Assembly (NCBI GenBank): GCA_040755275.1
Contig: JBFMBE010000002.1
Span: 4,180-68,179 of the forward strand
Origin: Thermodesulfobacteriota bacterium
GTDB lineage: Bacteria; Desulfobacterota; Desulfobacteria; Desulfobacterales; Desulfatirhabdiaceae
DNA: 64,000 bases
Reading direction: 5' to 3'
Under the pieces are notes generated by a model, which saw nothing but the letters and a program-made list of their open reading frames with translations, did not search any database and had not been told where the DNA came from. Below are positions 54,590 to 64,000 of the stretch, in pieces. Within the stretch, counting starts at the first letter, position 1, and each line of letters starts with the position of its first letter. The position numbers and the translations under genes are program-made.

Positions 54590-54800
54590 AGTCGGTTTCC
54601 TATATGTTGGGGCTGCAGGCAATGGTTTTGGGTCATCGAGCGAACGATTTCAACAGGGTATGGGATCTATCGGATTGTTGGACAGATGCCGTCGTACCCG
54701 CTTGCCATGAATTTCAGGATGGGATCTCGAGCCACGAAAAAGAACCGACTTCCTCGTTTCCCTCGTCATCGTTCATAGACAATGGTTCTTTGTCCATCGC

Positions 54801-55847
54801 CTAAATGAATCCGATAACGGCTTCCGTCATTCCGTGCAGCGGAACATTCCTGTCGCTCAATCCAGCTTCGTCGACCGATCGGGGCATGCCGTATACGACA
54901 CACGTTTCTTCGGCTTCCGTGATAACCATCCCTCCCTGGGCCTTGATCCAGGCACAGCCCTGCAATCCATCCTGGCCCATACCCGTCATGACCACACCGA
55001 GCACGCGGCTGCGGTAGACGTCCGCCGCCGATCGGAACAGAACGTCTACGGACGGTCGGTGGGGGGTGTCGAAGGGCTTGGCGTCGAGATGGGTGTAAAC
55101 CGTTCCGTCGGCTTCCTTTCGGAACACGAGGTGTCTTCCGGCCTGGGCCAGATAGACCATTCCTGGTTCGACTTTCATGCCTTCCTGGGCTTCGACGACA
55201 TGGAGCCTCGAAATCGCATCGAGGTTCTTGGCATAGAGCTCCGTATAGCCCACCGGCATGTGCAGCACAACGGCGATTGGAACGGGAAAATCCGACGGAA
55301 ATCTTGGGATGACCATTTTGAGTCCCTGCGGACCTCCGGTGGATATGCCCATGACGACGATATCAAGCCTCGGTTTTGGGGTCAATACAGGGGCTGCTTC
55401 CGGGAGCTTCTGTGGCGCCTGGACCAGGGGTTGGATCCTCGCCATGGGGATACCGGCTGCATTGCGTACCTTTTCGATGAGGTCATGGCCGATTTCATAG
55501 ACCTTGTCCGTTGCAAGGGCCGTCGGCTTCTGGATGAAATCCACGGCTCCCATATCGAGGGCCTTGAGCGCCATGGCCCCGGTTTCGCTGGCGATACTCA
55601 CCACAACGATGGGAATCGGCCGGATGGCCATCTGGCGTTCGATGAAACCCAGCCCGTCCAGATTCGGCATGATCAGATCGAGGGTCACCACATCGGGCTG
55701 CAGCTGCCTGCACAGTTCGAGGGCTTCCTCGCCGTCGCGTGCGACGCCGACCACCTCGAGCGTCGGTGACCTGTTCAGGATCTCCTTGATGACCTTTCTG
55801 ACATAGGCCGAATCGTCTACGACCAGAACTCGGGTGATACCGTTCAT
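54801..55847 (-). CDS. cheB: protein-glutamate methylesterase/deamidase (REC + CheB catalytic domain)
   Basis: 348 aa. REC (RVLVVDDSAYVRK...DVVTLDLIMPNLDG) and catalytic domain (GISTGGPQ, HMPVGYT, VVMTGMGQDG). Confidence 0.93.
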   Translation of the reverse strand: MNGITRVLVVDDSAYVRKVIKEILNRSPTLEVVGVARDGEEALELCRQLQPDVVTLDLIMPNLDGLGFIERQMAIRPIPIVVVSIASETGAMALKALDMGAVDFIQKPTALATDKVYEIGHDLIEKVRNAAGIPMARIQPLVQAPQKLPEAAPVLTPKPRLDIVVMGISTGGPQGLKMVIPRFPSDFPVPIAVVLHMPVGYTELYAKNLDAISRLHVVEAQEGMKVEPGMVYLAQAGRHLVFRKEADGTVYTHLDAKPFDTPHRPSVDVLFRSAADVYRSRVLGVVMTGMGQDGLQGCAWIKAQGGMVITEAEETCVVYGMPRSVDEAGLSDRNVPLHGMTEAVIGFI

Positions 55848-55880
55848 TCGAAGCTTCCTTTCCGAACTGAATCCAACGTT

Positions 55881-56720
55881 TCAGGGTTCCTTGACATATA
55901 CGAAGGCGCCGCCGATTTCGCGCAGTTTGAAAGCCGTCGTGATCTTGAGCAGGGATTCGGCGGCCGCCACGAAGAGATAGCCCGGTATGCGCATGTTGTC
56001 GAAGAACGTTCCAACCGTCTTTCGGATGGCATCCGGTGAAAAATAGATGAACACGTTTCTGCAAAAGAGAAGATGGGTCCTGGCTAGGGGGGCTACCTGC
56101 CGGGCATCCATCAAGTTGATGCGGTGCCATTCGATGCGCTGGTGAATGTTCGCATCGATTTTCCATCCTTTGGGGGTTTCCGAAAAATACCGACTCCGCA
56201 TTTCCGCAGACGTGTTGCGCAGGGAGCGTTCCCGATAGATCCCGGCTATGGCCTTGTCGATGGCCGACTGGCTGGCGTCGCTGGCAAGGATACGGATGCG
56301 CTGGTCGAGCAAGCCTGCCTCTCTGAGGGTGATGGCGATGGTGAGCGGCTCTTCTCCCGTGGCACAGGCGGCGCTCCAGATCGTGATCGGCAGGATGCAG
56401 TTCTGGGACAGCAGCGAAGGCACGATGGTGGTCGTCAGGGCCCGGATCTGGTCCATTTCCCGGAAGAAATAGGTTTCCTGAACCGACAGAGCTTCCATCA
56501 CCCGAAGCCATTCCTCCTCGGAGTCGGCATCGTACTTGAGCAGGTAGTAGTAGTCCAGAAAGGAGTCGAATCCGCGTTCGATCACGAGCGGCGAGAGCTT
56601 GTCCGCCAGGATGTCTCGGCGGTCGGCCTCGAAATAGATGCCCAGTTTCTCGTGAATGGCATCCCGCAGAAGGATGAAGGTCGTATCCTTGAGCGTGAGG
56701 GATTCGGAAAAGAAATTCAT
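55881..56720 (-). CDS. cheR: chemotaxis-type protein-glutamate O-methyltransferase
   Basis: 279 aa. CheR N-domain plus SAM-binding fold (ETYFFRE, IWSAACATGEEPLTIA, IFCRNVFIYF). Confidence 0.92.
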   Translation of the reverse strand: MNFFSESLTLKDTTFILLRDAIHEKLGIYFEADRRDILADKLSPLVIERGFDSFLDYYYLLKYDADSEEEWLRVMEALSVQETYFFREMDQIRALTTTIVPSLLSQNCILPITIWSAACATGEEPLTIAITLREAGLLDQRIRILASDASQSAIDKAIAGIYRERSLRNTSAEMRSRYFSETPKGWKIDANIHQRIEWHRINLMDARQVAPLARTHLLFCRNVFIYFSPDAIRKTVGTFFDNMRIPGYLFVAAAESLLKITTAFKLREIGGAFVYVKEP

Positions 56721-56748
56721 GTCGTTCGACGGCCTCTCGATGGAGTCG

Positions 56749-59481
56749 TTACCCGATCACCCGAGTCAGCGCCTTTCGGGCGGCATTGCGGACATCCGGA
56801 TGCGGATCGTTATCGGCCAGTTGAGCCAGCTTCTTTTCCGCCGCACGGTTTCCGGTCTGGGTGAATACGGCGATGGCGGCCATTCGGACCCGCCAGTCGG
56901 GATCGTTCAAACATCCCAGGATCATCTTGGTCGCATCGGCCCGCTTCATCCGGCCTAAAGCATCGATGATGGCTATGCGCACCTCGGGATTCGGATGCTC
57001 GAGGCCCGAGGCCACCCATCCGATCCGCTTTTCCGGCATGGCGGCCAGTGCCGCAACGACGGGTTCCCGTAGCCTGCGGTCCACTGTCAGGTAAACGAGG
57101 GACCGGACGGCCTCGGAATGGGCGCATCGGGCCAGGGCTTCGATGGCTGCAGACGAGACGGCTGGATCGCTGTCGCTAGCGGCCACCCACTGGAGTTTGG
57201 CGATCGTCGTCGGGCTTTCGTCCGACTCGAGGGCCTGAATGGCGCAGAGGCGATCCTGTGGATGTTCGGCGTGCAGCGTTTGAAGCAGGATGTCTCGGGC
57301 GGCCGGGTGACCCAGGTTGCCCAGTGCTGCGATGGCCGCACGGGCGATGTCCGGGTTTTCATGGCGGATGAGGTTCTTGAGCGCATCGAGGGACTGGCCC
57401 GATCCGATCCGTCCGAGGGCTTTGGCCGCAGCGATGCGGACGTGATCGCTCGGATCGTTCTGTGCGATCCGGATGAGTTCGGCCTCCGCATCTGCGGCAT
57501 GCAGCTTACCCAGGGAGATGGCGCTGAAATAGCGTACCCAGGCATCCGGGTCGTCGAGGGCTCGCATCAGCAAGGAAGCCGTATCCGTTGCATCCATGTG
57601 CCCCAGTGCCCGTGCCGCTGCCGCCCGTACCTTGGGTGTATCCTCGAATAGGCATTTTTCCAGAAGCGGCAGGTAGTTTCGGTCATCGAAAAAGGGCAGG
57701 TGTTCGATCGCCGTCTTTCGAACCGTTTCGTTCGCATCCCGACAGGCCGCTTCGATGAGGGGAATACATTGAGAATAGCCGAAGTATCCGGCAATCCGGA
57801 TGGCCGATTCGCGGATCAGGGGATTTTCGGACTGCATGAGATCGGCCATAGCATCCCCCATGTCGGGATGTCCGATGGAGTTGAGGGCGCCGATGACCGC
57901 CTGACGGACGGCCGGATTGCGATGCCCCAACAGCGGCAGCAGCGACTCGAAGGCCTGACGGTCTCCGATCTTGGCCAGTGCTCCGGCAGTGGGGATAATG
58001 AGCTCGGGGTCGTCGGAAAGCAGCCGAACGAGCTCCGGAACGGCCAGTGGATCGCCGATACGACCGATGGCCATCACGGCGGCCCGGCGGGTGTCGAGGT
58101 CTTCGGCATGCAGTTGCTCGATCAGAAGTTCCAGGACATCTCTGCCGTAACGGACCAGCGCTTCGATCACTTCCCGGCGTGCCGAGGGCTCCCCCAGAAG
58201 CCGTGTGAGTGCCGCATAGACCGCAGGGCTCTTGAGCCATCCGAGCACCAAGGCCACTGCGCGAAGCCGGTCTGCAGGTGCCTCTTCCAGGCAGGCGATC
58301 AGGCGCAGGGCACCGGTGGGCTCGAACCGACTGCGGGCGATATCGGCAATGAGCGCTCCTTCTCCGAAGCGCTGTTCGTAACGATCGTAAATGGCTGCGA
58401 GGGCGGATGCGATTTCGATGACGGGCGGGTCGGGCTGGTGGAGTCGATCGATCAGGGGGCCGACACAGAGTTCATCGCCGTTTGCAGCCAGGGCGTCGAT
58501 AACCGCCGTTTCGAGCATGGGCTTGCCCAACAGAGCGATCAGCCGTCCGACGACTGCGGGCTCTTCGATTCGGGCCAAGGCATCGACTGCAGGAAACGAC
58601 AGAAAAAAGTCTTCGGATTCGGCGATGGCCATCAGTCGGTCTACGGCTTCGACGGCGCGCAGTTTTCCGAGGGATTCGATGGCGTGGTAGACCACATTCG
58701 GATCGGGATCGTCGAGTGTCCGGATGAGGGCGCCGATGGCCTGCGACGTGCGCTTTTCTCCGAGAAACAGGGCCGTATACATGCGAAGATCCGGGTCCGG
58801 ATCGTCCAGCAGTGCGAGGATCGGAGACAGGTCGTCGAAACGGGCTGCTGCCAGGACCTGAAGGGCTGAGTTCAGTATTGCGGCATTGGCATGCTGCATT
58901 TTGAGCGAGCGAATGAGCCCTTGGATCATCTCGGCGTCCGTGCTGCGGGAGAGCCTGTCCACTGCCGTCTTGCGTACCCGCCAGCTCTTGTCTCCCAGCG
59001 CTTCGGTCAGGTACCGGGAACTGTCTTCATCCATTTCCGCGAGGCTTCGTGCCGCCTGGTAGCGTACGGTCTCGCTGGGGTTCTGAAGGTCTTGTTTGAG
59101 GTCGAGTTCCGCCTCCAGCCGCGGGGTGACATCCTCGACCAAGAGAATGGCTCCGATGACGGATTCCTGCTCCCGAACGGGGGAGATGGTGACTTTCTGC
59201 CGCATCGTTTCGAAATTTCGTGAGGGGTGTTCCGGAGGGCAGGCAATGAGGTGGCGGTGGAATGCCGAGGAAAGCACCGAAACTGTGCCGTTCTGCAATA
59301 CATCCCGAATTCGGGGGAGGATGTTGCGCGCTTCAAGATCCGGGATCAATTCATCGAGCGGTTTTCCAATGGCTGTTTCAGCAGGAGTGCCGCTGATCCT
59401 GGCAATCCAGGGATCCCATGCCGTCACCCGAAGCTGGCGGTCGATGCCGATCATGCCCATGGCTGAGGCGTTGTCGCTCAT
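56749..59481 (-). CDS. PAS domain + ~800-aa HEAT-repeat (PBS-lyase-type) protein
   Basis: ATG 59481 lies within track ORF 56749..59721. N-terminal PAS (IGIDRQLRVTAWDPWIARISG...). This is followed by many ~31-aa repeats of the form D.D..VR..A..ALG.I. Confidence 0.85.
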   Translation of the reverse strand: MSDNASAMGMIGIDRQLRVTAWDPWIARISGTPAETAIGKPLDELIPDLEARNILPRIRDVLQNGTVSVLSSAFHRHLIACPPEHPSRNFETMRQKVTISPVREQESVIGAILLVEDVTPRLEAELDLKQDLQNPSETVRYQAARSLAEMDEDSSRYLTEALGDKSWRVRKTAVDRLSRSTDAEMIQGLIRSLKMQHANAAILNSALQVLAAARFDDLSPILALLDDPDPDLRMYTALFLGEKRTSQAIGALIRTLDDPDPNVVYHAIESLGKLRAVEAVDRLMAIAESEDFFLSFPAVDALARIEEPAVVGRLIALLGKPMLETAVIDALAANGDELCVGPLIDRLHQPDPPVIEIASALAAIYDRYEQRFGEGALIADIARSRFEPTGALRLIACLEEAPADRLRAVALVLGWLKSPAVYAALTRLLGEPSARREVIEALVRYGRDVLELLIEQLHAEDLDTRRAAVMAIGRIGDPLAVPELVRLLSDDPELIIPTAGALAKIGDRQAFESLLPLLGHRNPAVRQAVIGALNSIGHPDMGDAMADLMQSENPLIRESAIRIAGYFGYSQCIPLIEAACRDANETVRKTAIEHLPFFDDRNYLPLLEKCLFEDTPKVRAAAARALGHMDATDTASLLMRALDDPDAWVRYFSAISLGKLHAADAEAELIRIAQNDPSDHVRIAAAKALGRIGSGQSLDALKNLIRHENPDIARAAIAALGNLGHPAARDILLQTLHAEHPQDRLCAIQALESDESPTTIAKLQWVAASDSDPAVSSAAIEALARCAHSEAVRSLVYLTVDRRLREPVVAALAAMPEKRIGWVASGLEHPNPEVRIAIIDALGRMKRADATKMILGCLNDPDWRVRMAAIAVFTQTGNRAAEKKLAQLADNDPHPDVRNAARKALTRVIG

Positions 59482-59529
59482 ATGGACCTCTTGATTTTTC
59501 GTGCAATGGTTGCAGGATCGTCGTATGGT

Positions 59530-60726
59530 ATGGCCATGGAAACCGAACGACTGCCGACAGTCACTGAAAAACGCATCAAGCGCCATGTCCTTGGGAAGGA
59601 GCACGGATTTTTCGCTGTGTGTGCGCCCGGGCTGGCAACGGTCTGTGATTCGGAACTGGCTGCAATCGATGCGCTTCGGGGCGTCGATCGGCGGATATCC
59701 GACGAGGGGGTCGCATTTCATGGAAGGCTCGTCGACTGCTTTGCGGCCAACCTCTGGTGCCGGACGGCAACCCGCGTGTTGATGCGGCTATACTCTTTCA
59801 GTAGTTTTACTTTTTCCCATTTTTTCACGCAATGCAAGCATTTTCCTTGGGAACTCTTTCTTGCACCCGATATTCCCGTGGATGTTCAGGCTGCCACCCA
59901 CCATTGCAGGCTTCACCACACCGAGGCCATCGCACACCGCGTCCTCGAGGGGATATCTGAACGGGTCGCCGGGCTGAAGCACGCCGAGGATCATCCGAAT
60001 GACCCGATGGAACAGCGGATTTTCGTTCGAGGGGTGGATGATCGCTTCACCCTGTCGATCGATTCGAGCGGACTTCCCTTGTACAAGCGTGGCATCAAGA
60101 CAATCGTCGGCAGGGCTCCGCTTCGGGAGACCCTTGCAGCCGGTCTGCTTCGTCTTGCCGAATACGACGGCAGTGCCTTCCTGCTCGATCCCATGTGTGG
60201 ATCGGGCACGTTTTCCCTGGAAGCGGTCTCGATGGCCCGAAACGTACCGCCGGGCTGGGTGAGGGCGTTTGCCTTCGAACGGTGGCCGGGATTTCGAGCG
60301 GCGCAATGGGCTTATTTGCGAAAACAAGCCCTGTCCCGCATCGACTTCGAGCGGCCGATTTCCATTCTCGCTGCAGACAAGCGCATCGAGGCATGTGAAC
60401 GGCTGGAAGCTGTTTGTCGGAAGCACGAATTCCTGAAGGACGTTCCGGTGGCCTGCATGGACGTTTTCGACATCCAGCCCAGGGCCCTCAGCTCCCGTCC
60501 CGGGATCGTCGTCCTGAATCCACCCTACGGCATCCGTATCGGGACCCAAACGAGCATCCCCTCGCTCTATCGTGACCTGGTACGGAAGCTGTCCCTGGAC
60601 TTCAAGGGGTGGCGTCTTGTCTGGATATCGCCGGTTCTTCCTGCCCTGAAGCTTGCCGAAAGCCGTGAGTACCGATTTTCGCACGGAGGGCTTTCGTTGA
60701 AGGCCGTCATCGGCAGGATCGGATGA
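59530..60726 (+). CDS. THUMP-domain class I SAM-dependent RNA methyltransferase (RlmL/COG0116-like)
   Basis: ATG 59530 or 59536 lies within track ORF 59482..60726. LWCRTATRVLMRL, DPMCGSGTFSLEA and NPPYGIRIG motifs. Confidence 0.88.
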   Translation: MAMETERLPTVTEKRIKRHVLGKEHGFFAVCAPGLATVCDSELAAIDALRGVDRRISDEGVAFHGRLVDCFAANLWCRTATRVLMRLYSFSSFTFSHFFTQCKHFPWELFLAPDIPVDVQAATHHCRLHHTEAIAHRVLEGISERVAGLKHAEDHPNDPMEQRIFVRGVDDRFTLSIDSSGLPLYKRGIKTIVGRAPLRETLAAGLLRLAEYDGSAFLLDPMCGSGTFSLEAVSMARNVPPGWVRAFAFERWPGFRAAQWAYLRKQALSRIDFERPISILAADKRIEACERLEAVCRKHEFLKDVPVACMDVFDIQPRALSSRPGIVVLNPPYGIRIGTQTSIPSLYRDLVRKLSLDFKGWRLVWISPVLPALKLAESREYRFSHGGLSLKAVIGRIG

Positions 60727-60860
60727 ACGACCGATCCGAAACGCTTCTGAGATCCGAAGATATCATTGACTTTACATGGTAAATATGAAATTTTACCCTC
60801 TTCGTGTCGTGGCGCAACGTATCGCCAACATCATGAATGTATAGACCTCGGGAGCTTTCC

Positions 60861-61364
60861 ATGGATTTCACGCGAACCGTTTCATCCTTTCAACACCCCG
60901 ACGTCACCCCCGAAATGCTTCAGTCCATCGACCGAATCATCGCCGAGAATCGAGACAAATCGGGTTCCGTGATCGCCGTTCTGCGGGAGTGCCAGAACAT
61001 CGTCGGCTATCTCCCCGTCGAGATGATCGATTACATCAGCACCGGTCTCAACCTGCCAAAGAGCCATGTCTACGGTGTTGCATCTTTCTATGCGCTCTTT
61101 TCCATGAAACCCAAGGGCAGGCACATGATCAAGATCTGTTTGGGAACGGCCTGCTACGTAAAGGGCATCCAGGAAGCCTTTGCCCGCATCAAGAACACCT
61201 ATCGGCTTACGGAAGGCGGCACATCCGAAGACCGCCGGTTTTCTCTCGAAGCCGTCCGCTGTCTCGGGGCCTGTGGGTTGGCGCCGGTCATGGTGGTTAA
61301 CAAGGATACCCACGGGGCCATCAGCGCCGACAAGGTGATCGATATCCTCGAAACTTATACATAA
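60861..61364 (+). CDS. NuoE/HndA-type [2Fe-2S] thioredoxin-like ferredoxin
   Basis: ATG 60861 (or 60837). Motifs VASFYALF, CLGTACYVKG, RCLGACGLAPVM. Confidence 0.9.
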   Translation: MDFTRTVSSFQHPDVTPEMLQSIDRIIAENRDKSGSVIAVLRECQNIVGYLPVEMIDYISTGLNLPKSHVYGVASFYALFSMKPKGRHMIKICLGTACYVKGIQEAFARIKNTYRLTEGGTSEDRRFSLEAVRCLGACGLAPVMVVNKDTHGAISADKVIDILETYT

Positions 61365-61383
61365 TGGATAATGAACCCCATCT

Positions 61384-61737
61384 ATGAAGATTTCCGAAAT
61401 TCGTGACATTCTCAAGGCCGAAGTCCTTGCGGGAGACAGCAACCTGGATCTGGTCGTTGTGGGCGGCGGTGGTGCCGATCTCATGGAAGACGTTCTGGCC
61501 GCAGTCGCCAAGGGATCGGCCCTTCTCACGGGGTTGACCACCGAGCAGGTCATTCGTACCGCGCGAATCGCCGGGGTGGCCGTCGTTGTCTTCGTGCGCG
61601 GCAAGCGACCCGATGCACGGGTCGTCGAGATGGCCAAATCCTTCGACCTGCCGGTTCTCTTGACCCGCTATTCTCTGTTTGTGGCGTGTGGACGCCTATA
61701 TATGAACGGACTCCGGGGCCTCGACGGGTCCTGGTAA
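61384..61737 (+). CDS. DRTGG-domain protein
   Basis: 117 aa (GGGADLMEDVLAAVAKGSALLTGLTTEQVIRTARIAGVAVVVF...). This family is commonly interleaved with NuoE/NuoF-type genes. Confidence 0.75.
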   Translation: MKISEIRDILKAEVLAGDSNLDLVVVGGGGADLMEDVLAAVAKGSALLTGLTTEQVIRTARIAGVAVVVFVRGKRPDARVVEMAKSFDLPVLLTRYSLFVACGRLYMNGLRGLDGSW

Positions 61738-61752
61738 TCAGGAGCTTGGAAC

Positions 61753-63600
61753 ATGTCGAATCTCACCATGATCGATTTGATGACGATCAAAGAAAAAGCC
61801 GTTCAGGAACTCGAATCGGATCAATACATTCGGTTGATGATCTGCGGGGGGACGGGATGCCATGCCACCGGAAGCATCCACTTGAAGACGGCTCTCGAGG
61901 CGGAAATCGAGCAGCGCGGGCTGCAGCAGAAGGTCCGGGTGATCGAAACCGGATGCAACGGGTTCTGTGCCATGGGACCGATTCTCGTGGTGCAACCGGG
62001 CGGGATTTTCTATCAGAAGGTTCATGCCCCGGACGTTCCGGAGTTGATCGAACAGCAAATCATTGCCGGAAAGCCCCTCGAACGCCTCCTCTACAAAGAC
62101 CCGTCCACCAAGAAACCCATTCCTTTCATGCACGACATTCCCTTCTTTGCCCACCAGACAGCCATCGCCCTGCGCAACAAGGGGATGATCGATCCGGAGA
62201 ATATCGAGCATTACATCGGACGCGACGGCTATTTCGGAACGGCCAAGGCCCTGCTCGAGATGGAATCCGTCGATATCATCACCGAGGTCAAGGCATCCGG
62301 GTTGCGCGGGCGTGGCGGCGCCGGATTTCCAACGGGTGTCAAATGGGAGTTTGCCTCCAAAAGCGAAGGATCCGTCAAATATGTGCTCTGCAACGCCGAT
62401 GAGGGCGATCCGGGAGCCTTCATGGACCGAAGCATTTTGGAGGCCGATCCCCATGCCGTTCTCGAAGGGATGATCATCGCATCCAAAGCCATCGGGTCGC
62501 ATCAAGGCTACATCTATGCCCGAACCGAATACCCGCTCGCCATTCGTCGGCTGGAGATCGCAATCCGCCAGGCCCGGGAGCTGGGATTGCTCGGAAAGAA
62601 CATCCTCGGATCGGGGCATGATTTCGATATCGAGATTTATCAGGGTGCCGGTGCTTTTGTCTGTGGTGAGGAAACGGCTCTCATGCGTTCCATCGAGGGC
62701 AAGCGGGGTATGCCCCGTCCCCGGCCGCCGTTTCCGGCCCATAAGGGGCTGTGGGAGAAGCCGACCGTTCTGAACAACGTCGAGACCTTCGCCAACATCG
62801 CCCAGATCATCATCAACGGCGGCGCATGGTATGCCTCGATGGGTACGAAAACGAGCAAGGGAACGAAGGTCTTTGCGTTGTCCGGCGATATCCACAACAT
62901 CGGGCTGGTCGAAATTCCGATGGGAACCACCCTTCGCAAGCTCATTTACGATATCGGCGGCGGTATTCCGAACAAGAAGAAATTCAAGGCGGTCCAGCTG
63001 GGCGGCCCGTCGGGCGGATGCGTTCCGGAAGCCTACCTCGACACCCCCATCGACTACGAGGAAATCGCCAAGGTCGGCGCCATCATGGGCTCCGGCGGGG
63101 TCATCGTGATGAACCAGAACACCTGCATGGTCGACATGGCCCGCTTCTTCATGGACTTCATCCAGGACGAATCCTGCGGCAAATGCACCCCGTGCCGGGA
63201 AGGAACGCGAAGACTGCTCGAAATCCTGAAGAAAATCTGCGCTGGACAGGGGGAGCCTGAAGACATCGAGAAACTGGAGTCGCTCTCCGAAACCATCAAG
63301 GAGACGGCCCTCTGCGGGCTGGGGCAGACGGGACCCAATCCGGTGCTTTCCACCCTGCGGTATTTCCGGGAAGAGTATGACGCGCACATCCACGAAAAGC
63401 GATGCCCTGCCAAACGCTGTGTGGCCCTGCTGAAGTTCGAAATCGATCCGAACATTTGTACGCAGTGCGGCAGCTGCTTCCGGAGCTGCCCGGCCCAGGC
63501 CATCACGTGGGAGAAGAAGCAGCCGGCGTACATCGACAAGAGCAAATGCATTCAGTGCATGACGTGTTTCGAAAAATGCAAGTTTGATGCGATCTTTTAG
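61753..63600 (+). CDS. NuoF/HndC-type NAD(P)H-binding FMN flavoprotein with N-terminal [2Fe-2S] and C-terminal 2x[4Fe-4S] domains
   Basis: 615 aa. GLRGRGGAGFPTGVKW, NADEGDPGAFMDR, ESCGKCTPCREG. C-terminal CTQCGSCFRSCP and CIQCMTCFEKC. Confidence 0.93.
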   Translation: MSNLTMIDLMTIKEKAVQELESDQYIRLMICGGTGCHATGSIHLKTALEAEIEQRGLQQKVRVIETGCNGFCAMGPILVVQPGGIFYQKVHAPDVPELIEQQIIAGKPLERLLYKDPSTKKPIPFMHDIPFFAHQTAIALRNKGMIDPENIEHYIGRDGYFGTAKALLEMESVDIITEVKASGLRGRGGAGFPTGVKWEFASKSEGSVKYVLCNADEGDPGAFMDRSILEADPHAVLEGMIIASKAIGSHQGYIYARTEYPLAIRRLEIAIRQARELGLLGKNILGSGHDFDIEIYQGAGAFVCGEETALMRSIEGKRGMPRPRPPFPAHKGLWEKPTVLNNVETFANIAQIIINGGAWYASMGTKTSKGTKVFALSGDIHNIGLVEIPMGTTLRKLIYDIGGGIPNKKKFKAVQLGGPSGGCVPEAYLDTPIDYEEIAKVGAIMGSGGVIVMNQNTCMVDMARFFMDFIQDESCGKCTPCREGTRRLLEILKKICAGQGEPEDIEKLESLSETIKETALCGLGQTGPNPVLSTLRYFREEYDAHIHEKRCPAKRCVALLKFEIDPNICTQCGSCFRSCPAQAITWEKKQPAYIDKSKCIQCMTCFEKCKFDAIF

Positions 63601-63655
63601 GCGATGGGAGGAGACCTTCCTTTACGCAATCCATGTATAGTTTGGGGAGAATCCA

Positions 63656-64000
63656 ATGATCGAAGCCGTACTGATGATGGGTGGACTGGGTGCGATCGTC
63701 GGAGCCGGGTTGGCTGCGGCATCCAAGATTTTCTATGTGTATGTCGATCCCCTGATCGAAGCCATTGAAGGAGAGCTCCCCGGTGCCAATTGCGGCGGAT
63801 GCGGTTTTGCCGGATGCAGCGCCAACGCGGCCGCCATTGCGGCCGGAAAGTCCTCTCCGGATTCCTGTGTGGCTGCAGGTGCGGAAGTGGCGGAAGCCAT
63901 CGCCAAACTGCTCGGGGTGTCCGTCGGAGCCAAGGACAGGGAAATTTCGCGTCTGGGATGCAGTTATTCCGTGGATCATGCCGATACGAGGTTTTGTTAC
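63656..64000 (+). CDS. RnfB-like Fe-S protein, N-terminal part (continues beyond right edge)
   Basis: ATG 63656 follows GGGGAGA. A TM helix, then LPGANCGGCGFAGCSANAAAIAAGKSSPDSCVAAG, collinear with the RnfB N-terminal [4Fe-4S] domain. Confidence 0.8.
   Translation, partial: MIEAVLMMGGLGAIVGAGLAAASKIFYVYVDPLIEAIEGELPGANCGGCGFAGCSANAAAIAAGKSSPDSCVAAGAEVAEAIAKLLGVSVGAKDREISRLGCSYSVDHADTRFCY

Noticed and set aside
60766-60797. A TTGACT -35-like hexamer and a GGTAAA-N8-TTTACC inverted repeat upstream of the nuoE-like gene, as a promoter/operator (for example Rex).
   Set aside because: No properly spaced -10 hexamer goes with the -35. The palindrome does not match the Rex consensus (TTGTGAA-N4-TTCACAA) that I know. 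I left it unannotated.

Overview
This is a 64-kb chromosomal window that looks GC-rich: most 60-nt lines I hand-counted are about 53-60% G+C. Its gene content fits a strictly anaerobic Desulfobacterota genome (deltaproteobacterial sulfate reducer or syntroph type). Gene order from left to right:
- An hmcABC-type 16-haem cytochrome complex on the minus strand, running off the left edge.
- ileS-lspA-lgt.
- A WecA-like glycosyl-1-P transferase fusion and purM (minus strand).
- alaC-hom-thrH-thioesterase-yggU.
- An initiator tRNA.
- A hemerythrin, orphan gspJ/K/L-like pseudopilin genes, a GT2 and cbiB.
- tRNA-His and tRNA-Arg.
- pstSCAB.
- A lower-GC accessory patch: an RHH gene, corA, an MNT-HEPN pair, a stop-interrupted BrxC/PglY-like P-loop fragment and a conserved hypothetical.
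- The dominant feature, a roughly 19-kb co-directional minus-strand redox cluster. It holds a RelE/ParE-like ORF, an HdrD-like CCG protein, three tandem ~1020-aa double-module HdrA paralogues, two MvhD genes (one with a wHTH-like tail), MetV-MetF, Tat-signal FdhAB and a third MvhD.
- A Che module with no CheA, CheW or MCP: a PAS-HEAT giant, cheR, cheB, cheY, cheC and a PAS hybrid kinase.
- A THUMP RNA methyltransferase.
- The start of a NuoE/DRTGG/NuoF/RnfB-like flavin/Fe-S cluster that runs off the right edge.

A mosaic family of short interspersed repeats with GATGGCC(C/T)CGCAA-type termini occupies at least nine intergenic sites, including spacers inside the hdr cluster. I saw no CRISPR array, rRNA, intact transposase or prophage. 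All calls come from reading the sequence and the supplied ORF track. No searches were run, and start codons and repeat boundaries were chosen by eye.
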